A stretch of DNA of 64,000 bases from Curvularia clavata (Eukaryota), in contig CP089277.1 of NCBI GenBank assembly GCA_023920165.1, positions 1,426,001 to 1,490,000 of the forward strand, in the 5' to 3' direction. Below are positions 48,965 to 60,100 of this stretch, in pieces (positions within the stretch are counted from its first letter, which is position 1; every line of letters starts with the position of its first letter). The position numbers and the translations under genes were made by a program. The notes under the pieces were generated by a model. The model had not been told where the DNA came from. It worked only from the letters and a program-made list of their open reading frames with translations, and made no database searches.

Positions 48965-49271
48965 ATGGTATATCGCTGCCCATTTCAAATCTTGATAGTC
49001 TGAGATTCGTGGTGTTGTAGATAGTATATCTAAAACCAAATAAGAAAAAATATACCCCTTTCCAGATGATACTTAAGAGTTGTTGGGAGTGGTTATCGAG
49101 CGGGGACTACAAGTACTTGGTACAAGTCAGGTGCAGCTTGGACCACATCCGGCGCGGAACAACGAAAAAAGTTCGGCCCTGGAGCCGCGAGACAGCACGC
49201 ATCCGACCTCAACCCCATTGCGGCTGCACCGCCCAGTCGACAAGTCAATTCCAAACCCCCCCAATTGCACA

Positions 49272-49940
49272 ATGTCGACATGTAAATCTCTCCTACGGGC
49301 GTGCCCCTCCCAATGGCAGCCTGTCTCCCTCCTGCCACGAACCCAAACCCGCTTCGAATCCACAACTCGACGACACCGAAAACTGCTTGCTCTTCCTGCC
49401 GCACCCTCGTACACGCCCGACACATCTTCTCCAAGCCTAATCTACAATCCGCCGTCCTCAGCCCCAAACGTGCACCACATGCCGTTGAAATTCCTGCCCA
49501 AGGAAGATAAACGGCGCCAACTGTACGCCTCTGCACACCAACAAGCCCAGCACGCCGCACTCGCTCGCCAGAACCCGAGTATAGCATCACCGGGAACACC
49601 GCTACATAGTCCTTCTGGCGCCCATCTTCCGCCCAGGCCCAGCACCGCTCTCCCGCCGCCTGTGCGCACGCCCTATGAGAAGAAATACCACCTTAGCGAG
49701 ACGGAAGTCGCTGAAATCAGGCGCCTGCGGGCAGCAGACCCGGATACGTGGACTAGAGTCAAGTTGGCGGAGAAGTTTGGGTGCAGTCAGTTCTTCGTGG
49801 GACTGGTGGCCAAGAATGAGGGGAAGGCGGGGAGGGTGGAGAGGCAGCATGACGAGGCTAGACAAAAGTGGGGGACGAGAAGGAGGGAGGCGAGGGAGGA
49901 TAGGGGAAGGAGGAGAGAGTTGTGGGGGAGGGATTCGTAG
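49272..49940 (+). CDS. MRPL20: Mitochondrial large ribosomal subunit protein mL58
   Basis: Presequence, YNPPSSAP, P.KFLP..D.RR, KKYHL...EIRRLR..DP..WTR.KLAEKFGCS.FFV. Confidence 0.85.
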   Translation: MSTCKSLLRACPSQWQPVSLLPRTQTRFESTTRRHRKLLALPAAPSYTPDTSSPSLIYNPPSSAPNVHHMPLKFLPKEDKRRQLYASAHQQAQHAALARQNPSIASPGTPLHSPSGAHLPPRPSTALPPPVRTPYEKKYHLSETEVAEIRRLRAADPDTWTRVKLAEKFGCSQFFVGLVAKNEGKAGRVERQHDEARQKWGTRRREAREDRGRRRELWGRDS

Positions 49941-50192
49941 GGTACTTGTTTCTTCTTGAAAGGAGATTGGATTGGATTGGATAAGGGAGTGGGGGAGTTT
50001 GCAGAAAAGACCAATGTGATTCAAGATTGCATGAGGCTGTGATATATAGAGCCAATTACGCGTTGCTCATACGGAATATTATGATTCAAATACGCTTGTT
50101 TTACTTGGCTTCTCTGACATGTGAGAAGATGAATGAAATGTCATAACCGTCATAAATACCTGTCCGAGATTCTACAATTTCCTATATCTTTC

Positions 50193-51415
50193 TCATTTAT
50201 CCCTCTCCATCTCAATTCCTACTCCCACTCTAAAAACAAATCCCCCACTCCCCCTGCCTCCCCCTCCACTAGTAGTAGTAGTAGTAGTACTCGTACTCGT
50301 ACTCCCCTGTACCGCCATCCCCACCTTCCAACACTCAAATCTCGCCCTCCTCACCACCTCCCACCGCTTCTCTCTCTCCTGCTCTGCCTCCTCAACACTA
50401 ATCCCAGCCGCGAACCCTCGCACCGGTACACGTCGTAGCGCCAGTCTTGTTACACTGACATCGCGGGGCCACGACGACGGCAGCACAGGGCGGTAGTAGC
50501 GCGGGCTCGTGGAGCGCGAGGTGAGTATCACCGCAGCCGATAGCAGTGAGGAAAGTTTGCTGAGTTGGAACGTGAGGCTAGATGAGGCAGATGGCAGAGC
50601 TTGTGCCCCACCGCTCGTCGTACTGCGGAGCGAGGGTACAAATGCGTCTATGTCTTCGAGGATGAGGGAGTGGATCCGGCGGTGGAGACTGGCGTGCTGG
50701 GTGTGGTCAAAGAGGTAGGTAGGGAGGTCACGGAGGGTAGAGAGGAAAGAGGACCAGGATGAAGGGCGGAAAACGTGTAGGTGTAGTAAGGAAGTCTTGA
50801 CGATGGATTTCATAACAACAAAGGTTGGGGCGTCGAGAGGGTGGTTGGAAGCTTGTAACGCGGTTTTTAACATGTGGAAGCATACTTCTGCGAGGCGGGC
50901 GACGCTGAAGTGATGGAGGGGGTCGAAGAGGACGACTGCAGCTTCTTGGCTGGAGAGAGAGATAGAGGAGTGTATGGTGCGAGGGAGTATGGCGGTGGCA
51001 ATGATCAGGTAGAGGAGTGAGGTTTTGCCCGAGCCAGAAGGCTGGTATATTGATGGTGGGGAGACTAGTTCGAGAATTGGTGGTTGAGGGCCAGATACCA
51101 GATTGTCCAGTTCTGGAATGTTGAAGTAGGAGTTTTTGGGAGTGCCGGCTTCGTCGATGCTGGTGGGACGGTAAGGGTGTTGATATCCAAGTACATGAGC
51201 GTGTGGCTAATTGGAAAAGGAGACTTACCTCTGGTTATCGTTGGATTTTAGAGAATGGAAGGCCTTGAGTACCTGTATACGCGTCAGAGCCACTGCAATA
51301 TTGCCGTTGTGTTTAACTCATTTATCGTCCTCGTCTCACGCACCTCGCTCAGATCCGTGACTTCAACCTCTGCCAACAACCTCTCACCCAACCTCTTTGC
51401 CTCATCACCATTCAT
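50193..51415 (-). CDS. RecA/Rad51 paralog (XRCC2-like); exons 51415-51344, 51272-51229, 51159-50193
   Basis: Hand translation gives MNGDEAKRLGERLLAEVE, IPELD, LELVS...SGSGKTSLLYLII (Walker A), HLHVFRP, and LILED (Walker B-like). The ORF track shows only the C-terminal part. Confidence 0.78.
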
Positions 51416-51519
51416 CTCTACGCGGCGCTCCACTTTCACAAGGCGCCTTTCCCTTGTTTTCTTTTCCTTTTTCCTCTCCTACCCCCCTTTTTACACCATA
51501 TCCTGCGCTCAAATAAACA

Positions 51520-51921
51520 ATGGCGCCCCCAGTTTCCGCAATTCCGGTCTCGGAACTAGAATCGCAACTAAACACGCTTCCGTCGGGTAGACCGCGCAAT
51601 CCGCCAATTGTGTTGAGCGATTGCGCGCTCAAGGAGCTCGTGCAGTACAAGTGCAATATTCACCAGTCAGAGAGGCAGAGAGGCGTGCCGAGGGTGATTT
51701 GTGAGCCGGTTGTACGGATGCTGAGAAAGTGAGTGGTGTTTGGGTTGTTTACTGAAAGGCTTGTGATAGCGATGCGGGGCACAAGAGATGACTTTTTTTT
51801 TTTTTACAATGAGATGAATGCAATGCTAACGCCGGTCAGATGCGAGGGAGGATTGAGCGTGGAGACCACGGCTTGGGAGGGATGGAAGGCGAAGCAGGAA
51901 GGCGCGAATGGGGAGAGGTGA
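51520..51921 (+). CDS. SOM1: Som1-family mitochondrial inner membrane peptidase subunit; intron 51729-51839
   Basis: MAPP, L.DC.LKELVQYKC, C.PVVR..RKC....VETT after splicing. Confidence 0.85.
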
Positions 51922-52324
51922 TAGCATGTGGCAGACTAGCACGCATCGCTATAATCACAATGTGCGGCCTTGAGCTCACACAGCCATCCTGTATAATGAG
52001 TAACATATCGTTGTTGCTCGTTCCAAGCTACCAAAGCAATCACAGACAGAAGAATCATTTAACAGATGTGTACTCAATTGATGACGAGTAAATACGACAC
52101 ATCAATGGTCTTAGGCTGCTCTTACTGGACAAGCAGCTAATGGTACAACTTCTCTCGAGAAAAAATGGACAAAAGTCTGATCAACGCCAGTCACATGCCC
52201 TAAAAGTGCCTTCATCCCTTCAAGGCGGAAATGCCGAATACCCAAACGCCTCGCTACCAAAATGCTTCAAAATGCCTTTTTTGTGACAATGTATTGTCGC
52301 CGAGAGCTCGCGCGAGGAGGGGTT

Positions 52325-53436
52325 TTATACGCCGCTCCCAGACTTTCTCCAATACTTCCGGTCATAGTTGACATGTACGCCTTCTTCTAAATTGACATTC
52401 CGATCGGCTGGGGGTTGCCGTTGTGGAGCGTCGTGTGATGTGTTCCAGCCATCTTCGTCATCCAGATCCATCTGTGCTTGCCGCCGCTCCTCGTCCTTCT
52501 CTCGTTGGAGTTCTTCGTCCAATAAATCTGTCATGGCGGCTTGCCAAAGCTTATCACTCTCTTTCATGCGCTTGCTTCGCTTCCGCTTTCCTACATTCTG
52601 CTTCTGAACGCCCGCCTTTTGCGCTGCCATGAGTTTCCTAAGACTCTGCTCAGCCGAGATGCCCTCCTCGGTCGCTTTTTCTCGAATCTTTCGTGGATCA
52701 TGCTCGCGATTGGTAAACACAGGAGTTGCAATGTAGGTGTGCTTGGAGGGAAAGGCGGGAAAGTGTTTTGGTATGTACGAACGCGTCTCTTTGTCGGCTT
52801 TTCCTGACAGCTCAGGACCTAACAGAGACTCTGTGTCTGGAGGTGGGGCTTCTGGAGGCACAGGAGGCGCAAAGTAAGGCTGTAATAATGAGGGGGGGAC
52901 TTCGCCCGTGTCAAAGTGTTGTTCGAGCGGCCCAGATCCATGAAGGCCTGAAGATGCAAGGGCATATATCCAGTCGTGTGCTACGGTTTCGGTGCGACGC
53001 GCACTGCTCATGGATTTCCGCACTTGGGAGAGGAAGTGGCTCATGTCTAGGTCAGGTTAGTCTATGAAGCTGCGATAGGCTGCAATAGCCAGTCAACGTC
53101 GCAAGGTGAAGCCATACAGGAATCAACCAGCCCCCGGAACTCTTCTAGCGCGTCCGGGCGCGCGCTCTCGAATCCTATGCTCTTGCATTGTATGGCTATT
53201 GCGCGGCGTAATTGCTGGTCAAAGAAATCTTTACTTTCGCCAAAGCTGTCGAACTCGGCACTGATTGGGTCGACGATGTGCTGGATCGGCTGAGTGTGGT
53301 GCAAGGCATGGACAACTCGCCGCTTCTTCTGCTGCGACTCTCCATGTGTAGGCGCGTTCTCCGCCACATGCGCCCGCTTCATGCCTGCGATTGCGCCCTC
53401 GCTGCTGGCGCTGGGAGAGAGTATGATGCCTGGCAT
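52325..53436 (-). CDS. TAF8: TFIID subunit 8-like protein; intron 53047-53117
   Basis: Histone-fold/BTP region GFESARPDALE...ARRT. TAF8 C-terminal YIPKHFPAFPSKHTY..TP and AEQSLRKL. Confidence 0.88.
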
Positions 53437-53835
53437 AGGCTGCTGGTCGTCGCGGTTCTGGCGATGGAGGGATGGTGCTGGCGCAGGCCGGATCTGTGTA
53501 CGCGAGGTTGGTTGTGCTGTCAGGCGATGGGCGCGCAGTCAGAAGTAAGAGGTAGCATCAGCTGCAAAAGGGTATGCTTGCGACTGAATGGGACGTGAAT
53601 GAGGGCGAGATTCGGCTATGGATGGTACTGTCCCTTTCTCATTGTGAATGCTATTGTTGCTGAGCCGGAAGCTCTGTGAGCGCGGGACGCTAGGGCGGCT
53701 TTGCCTTATGTCAGCAAAAGTAGTTCTCCGCGTCGGACCACCACAACTTCAACATACCCGCAGACGACCTTCACCAGCTTCCCCAACCCGCACCCGCGCC
53801 GCGAAACTCTCCGCTCACCCGAAACCGAATTCAAA

Positions 53836-54272
53836 ATGGCCATCAAACCGATTACTGGCGTACGTGGTGCCATTGAGTGCCTTGGGCAGCCGTGGGGTGG
53901 AGGCTAATGACTGGATTGCAGATGCTCCGACGACAGATTGTCCTTGACCTGTCCGTCGCTATGGGTGCGTAGAGCTGTTGCAATGGATGCGCAATAATTT
54001 TTGGGCCTCAAAACGGGCCTGGAGGGTTGCGCGCGGATGGACGAGAGAGCTTGGCTAACAGCAATCACAGGTCTCGGTGTCACTGCCGGCTACGGCTGGT
54101 GGTACGGTACGTGATATCATCTTGGACTTGCAACTGCGATTGCTGTTGCTGCAAAGTCATTCAAGGCTCAATACTTACGATCCAAGGCTACCACGTCCCC
54201 GCTGTCCGCCACCGTGACGCTTTCTACCAGAAGCTCGAGGACGAGCGCGCCGCTGCTCTGGGCCAGAAATAG
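53836..54272 (+). CDS. COX9: Cytochrome c oxidase subunit VIIa (Cox9); exons 53836-53859, 53922-53964, 54071-54106, 54187-54272
   Basis: Spliced product MAIKPITGMLRRQIVLDLSVAMGLGVTAGYGWWYGYHVPAVRHRDAFYQKLEDERAAALGQK*. Confidence 0.93.
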
Positions 54273-56366
54273 ACGACAATGGCACGCGCGTCGGCATGTT
54301 CTCTTTATCGACAAGTCTTAAGAAATTAGAATGCATGTTAGCTATGGATTGGGTGCATCCCGAGTAGATTATGCTTGTCTCCAGCAAGCCAAATTAAACA
54401 CTGTCAAACTACTGTGCATTTTTGTTTTTGGTGCAATCATGTCCCTGTTACAGCAGCGCACGCCTTATTTGTAATGTTGCAAGTTGCAGACTTGAGAAAA
54501 ACTCTATATACTGGGCACTGCTGTCTTGAGCTGTCGCTTTGACGCCATTTGTGTCAAAGTCGGTGGCCTTGGGAGGCAAAATGCAGACGAGCAGCTATAG
54601 GCAATGCGCTGACGCATCATTAGCGAGGGATGAGAGGAGATGAGGTGTAATGCCATTGCAGTAGGAAGCAGATGCAGGCAGCGAGAGTGCATTATCGGGG
54701 CTGGTCACATGATGGCTGCAAACGTCACAAGCAGTGGAGCCGCCGGCAACATCCGACGACAACGCTGCATCAGGTCGAGCCAGGGAGACGAAATGTGATA
54801 CCAAGACGAAAAGGCCTGCGCTAATAATAAAATGGGACAAATGAGGTCGGCGCAGACGACAGCAGCATCCGCGACGGGCCGGAGGGAGTGAGGTGTGGAC
54901 TACTTTTGGATTGTGGTGGGTTAAAGAGTGGTGGGGGTGACGTTGGGATGGATGGATGACGCTATACAAGAGGGCGATTCACCATGGCAGCAGAGAGGTC
55001 GAGGGCGTGTGTGAAGCAGCGGTGGCAGCGAAAGAAACGTGGCAGGCAATAGCAGCGATTGGCCGGGATTGAGGCTTGGCTTGTTCCCTGGCGATCATGC
55101 CCAATCCATCCACGAGCCCATGGGTTGCTGACTGCAGGGGAGCACTGAGTGCCAAGGATCGACACGAACCCAAAGCGTGGGCTGTCAAGCTTATGTACAG
55201 GTCGCGCTGCACACGTGGATCGAACGAAGCGGCGAGGCTTTGTCGACCTGGCAAAGACTACTTGCAAAGGCGACAAAGGGCAAAAAAAAAGCAATGTCAG
55301 GGGGATGTGTACAGCTGGGCTGGGAACGAGAGGCGGTGCTCTGACAGCGGGCTTTGGCTCGGAACGGGGGGTGGATTCCTGGGTGCTGGTGTCCGGCGTC
55401 CTAGCGCAAGATGCTAGCCCATGATGCGCTAGGGCAACGGGTAGGCGATCTAGAGGGACGCGAGCGACGACGAGACGAGGGCGTAAGATTCGACGTTTGT
55501 GTGTTTGAGTGAGGGGGACAGGGGGGCATGTCGGTGGTTATCTCTGTGCGAAACAGATGCTCTGTGCCGGCCGACATGGGGGGCGGCGCGCGCGAATGGG
55601 CGTGGGCTAGAAAGAGACAGACGTCTGGGGGGTGGTGGCGGACAGGCTTGGTACAGAGAGGTAGCAGCAGAGGTGATGGTGTTGAGGGAGATTGGACGGA
55701 GGGATTCGAGGGCAGCACTTTGCCCTGGCGGGCGGGGGCATGGGTGGGCTCTGCGCATCGTGGACGCCATGGCGCCAGGGCGGACATGGGCAGCCTCTCC
55801 GGGGCTTTGATGGAAGTTGACGATGAAACACATGGACGGACCTCGACACCAAGCGCAGCAGCGCGCGAGCAGTTGCAGCACTTGTCAAACACGAGGCAAA
55901 GTTGGACTTGGCCGTGGGAGAGGGCACGCGGCGAGACGGACGGGCGCGTGAGCAGACAAGACGACAGGCAGTTCGTGGTGTGCAAGATTGGGTGGATACA
56001 AAGAGGCGCTAGTCGATTGTTCAGGGCCCACCGCTGTCGCCTTTCCGCTGCACTCAGTCATTCCAAGTCAGTCACCCACTCAGCGTCTCCGCCAGCCCGA
56101 CTGCCATCTCGACGGCCGTTGCCACTGCCAGTCAGCCGCGACACATCCGTCTTGTTGGTACAGCTCTCTGCTGCCACGGGGGGGAGCAAAAGGCCGGCCA
56201 CGCAACGTGCAGGCCAGACAGCGTGCAGAGTCGCTGAGCGTTAGAAGACGGGGGGACTGCGGCTAGCACGCATAGCGATCCCTGCAGGCAGGTGCGACGG
56301 CGCCGGGCGCACCTGCTCTGTGCACAGCTTGCACCTGCTGAGCCAGACCAGAGCACGCCCACGCCT

Positions 56367-56452
56367 ACCCTACGCCTGTGCCTGCGCCTGCGCCTGCTGC
56401 TGTTGCTGCTGCTTGCCATTCCATTCCATTGCTGTGCTGTGCTGCGCTGCGC
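56367..56452. repeat. Low-complexity (CCTGCG)/(CTG)/(GCTGT) mixed simple repeats upstream of MED15
   Basis: Directly visible. Confidence 0.7.
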
Positions 56453-57104
56453 TGACTCCAGCACGTCGACCAAACTCTGCTCTCCTCCGCCGCCTACGAC
56501 GCGTCCTCTCCCTCCGCTGACAGTCCCTCCCCCTCGCCATTCTTTTTCTTGGTCCTCGCCGGCCTCTGATCTGCCTCTGCATCGATTCTGGGCGCCTTAG
56601 GCTGGGAGGCTCACACTTACTGCCTGCTGCTCTTGCTGCGCTGCGCTAACGCCGCCGTCGATCACACACCAACGAGCCGCAGCTGGCGACCTGCCCTTCT
56701 TTCCTCTGCCCTTCACACACACTCACGCCTCACTCGCCGTGTTGGCTACATGCCGGCCCTGCTCTCTCCCATCCCCCTCCTCCTCCTCTCCCACCCAGAG
56801 CCTGCCTGCGCTCCCCGACGCCGACTTGCACACTCGACCTAACCACTCGTCGTCCGCGTCCGCGCTGCCCTCTCCGCCATCACGCCCGTCACCCTCACCC
56901 TCACCGCCCGCCTGCAGTGTCCACCAGTCGCCTGCTCAACGCCCGTGCTTATTCCGCCGTCCGCCGTCTATTCCAAACGCAATCCTCGCGTCCTGCATGA
57001 GCGTTGCTGTTCGCTCCACCTCTGCGGCACTGCACCGCTGTGTCTACAGCCATCCGCTCTGCCAGCTCGCCCAGTAGCGCGCCCTCGATTCTTCGCGCGT
57101 CGCC

Positions 57105-60100
57105 ATGAACAACCCAAACATGCAACAGAACGGCATGCAGCAGGGCCGTACCACCGCAGGCCTCCACCACTTTGTCCAGCACTATCGCGTCCAGCTGCAG
57201 CAGGGCAAGATTCCAAATGGATGGCAGCAGACGACGCCCCCCGAGGAGCGCGGCCAGCTGGCCCTGCAGTTCTTCACCCAGTACCGCCTGCTCAAGCCTG
57301 AACTCCCAGAGGTCGAGACCATGCGAGCTGCCCTGCAATTCGAGACTCAAAACTTCATGTCTGCTCCCTCAAAGGAACAGTACATCACGCAGATCAAGCA
57401 GAAACTCATGGTCATGACAACCGCACGACAACAGCAGCTGCAGCGTTTACAGGGTGGTGTTCCCAACGGCATGAATAACGGAATGAACGGCATGAACCCG
57501 GCCCAGATGAACATGATGGGGCAGATGGCTCAGCAAGGCGCTCGGCAGCCTGCACCGCAGCAGTTCAACCCGGCCTTCCCCAACGCACAACTCCAGCGCC
57601 CCATGCAGGTGTCGCCTGTCCCCATGACACAGGGTCAGTCTTCCATGGGTGTCAACGGAGCTAACCCCGCCAACATGGCCCAAGGACAAAACAACCAGCA
57701 ACCAAACATGCAACCCAATCAGCAACAAAACCGACAAGAACAACTAATCATCAACCAGTTCGCCAAGAAGCTTATGGACACTTGCAAAGAGGAGGTTCGC
57801 GTCAAGTTCGAGGCCGACATCCGTGCCTGGCCTGAAGACAAGAAGCAGCAGCTGCTGAGTCAGGGCATTAATCCTCTCTTCCTCCGCTTCCGCCAGCACG
57901 CCGAGATGTTGTATCGAAGGGGTGCTCTGAATCAGCCCGGAGCTGGCCAGAACAATGCTGCCATGCAAGCAATGCAAGCAACACCACAACAGAATCGTAT
58001 GCAGGGGCAGCAAATGAACATGAACCAGCGCCAGGCCAATCAGGACTTTGACTTCACCGAGATTGCCAACCGACAGATGGAGGCCATGCGAAGTCAAGAC
58101 CAGGGTACCACCGTAGTGCCTGCGAGCAACAACCCAAACAACGGCGGACAGATGGGTGGTTTCCAAGGCCAAACCCCACAGCCTGGCCAACCCCAGAATG
58201 CAATGGCACAGCGCCAGGCCGAAGCCTTCCGTCAAGCGCAAGCACAACAAGCCCACGCGCAAGCGCAGGCACAGGCCCAAGCGCAGGCCCAGGTGCGGCT
58301 GGAACAGCAACGCCAGCAGCAAGCTGCTCAGGTTGCTGCACGCAATCAGCAAAACCAGTTGCTTCAAGGCCAGATTGGGGGACTGAATCTTCCTCAAGGT
58401 GCACAACAACCCAGTCCTGCTATGTCTATGCTCAACCGGCCCATGGCTCCACCAAGCCAGCCAGGTCCTCCCGGAACCCCACAGCAACGCCCTCCTCAAG
58501 CCCATGTCCCTATCATGACACCACAGCCTGGGCAGGCCGATCCAAACCTATCCGAGCTTATGCGGCAAGCGCAGCAGAGAGCTGCTGCTGTTCAGCAGGC
58601 CAACCAGCAGCCCTTGACTGACCAAGTTCGCATGAGCATGATGCCACCTGACCTCGATGCTTCTGTGAAGCAACAATTACTCAAAGTACCCGAACACCAG
58701 TTCCGTGTCATCCTACAGAGTTACATGATGAACCTCCGCCGTAACAACGGCATGCCCAATGGATTTGCACCTGGTCAGCCCAACGCAGGCCAGCCACATA
58801 TGGCCTTCAACCAACAACAGCTCCAGCCTGGTGTTGCTGGCCAAATGCTCGGTGGTCCTAACATGCAAGGTATGGTTCGACCTGGTATGAACCTCGCACA
58901 GCCATCGCCCGGCGCTGGTCCGCAAGGCCCCATGGGTGCTCAGCGTGGTCCCATGCCAACTCAGCAACAACGCGTCGCTGCTGCTTCCAATCTGCTTCGA
59001 GCCAACCCTGGCATCATCACCACTACGGACCCCAAACCGTTCCCTCCTAATGTACTGAATGCGCAAATTCGACAAAGTCTTCCACCGGACGTTAGAACCT
59101 GGCAGCAACTCAAGGCATGGGCTGCCCAAAATCCCGCCCTTGTTCCTGGCGTTGATAGCCAGAAGTTGGTCATGCTGCAAGTTCTACACTTCCAGGACAT
59201 GGTGAGACAGTCGAATGGTGTCAATGGTGTCCCTGGTGTTCAGCAAACACCACAACCTGGGCAGGGACTTGTCCCACCAGGACAAATGAATCTCAATCAA
59301 GGCCCTGTTCGGACACCCCAGCAGCAACCGAACATGCAGAACATGGCTGCACTCCAGGTAACTCCTCAGGAGTTACAGCAGTTCCGTGCAAGAATGGCAG
59401 GCCAGCCACAGGCCAACCTGCCTGATGATCAATTACGTGGCTTCATGATTTCCATGAGGATGAAGAACCTCCAGCAGCAGAGACAGCAACAGCAACAACA
59501 ATCCGCAATGCTCAATCAACAGGCCCAGCGCAACCAAGGCCAGCCTGCCATCCCCATGGCTTCACAACAACAACAGCCACAACACCAACCCAACCGGCCA
59601 CCCACAACGCAGCCGCCTGCGCAAGCAACTTCCCAGCCCAAACAAGCAATGAAGCAGCAGCAAACTCAGCCTGCGCAACAACACCCTAACACCACCACCT
59701 TGAAACAGGGCACAAAGAGGCCAAATGAAGACACCTTGGAATCTGGCGCTGAGGCTACTCCACAAGCCCCGGCTATGGCTTCGTCAAAGTCTCAGCCAGG
59801 GCTTAACCTGACACAAGAGCAAATGTCCAAGCTCACACCTACGCAGCATGCGCAGTACAGAGCACAGTTATTGAAAGCTCAGGACGCTTCCAACAACAAG
59901 ATGCAACAGCAACGTGGCGCCATGCTCAACTCTGAGGAACTCCGTCAAAGAATGGGTGACCCAGCACGCATCCGTCAATTCAAGCAAATGATGGATGAGG
60001 TGGAGAAGAGCCTTCCGACTAAGCAGCCTATACAGTTACAGCCACAGGCACGTGCAGCCCTACAGAAGTCGTTGAAAGAACAATTTCAACGGCTTAAGCA

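Noticed and set aside
56370..56582. Minus-strand QQQQQQAQAQAQA ORF complementary to the MED15 QA repeat near 58263
   Set aside because: The match is only about 13 nt of simple repeat and is explicable by chance.
55401..56600. Overlapping 100-240 aa ORFs upstream of MED15
   Set aside because: GC-rich, low-complexity, Arg/Pro/Cys-rich translations with no recognisable domain.
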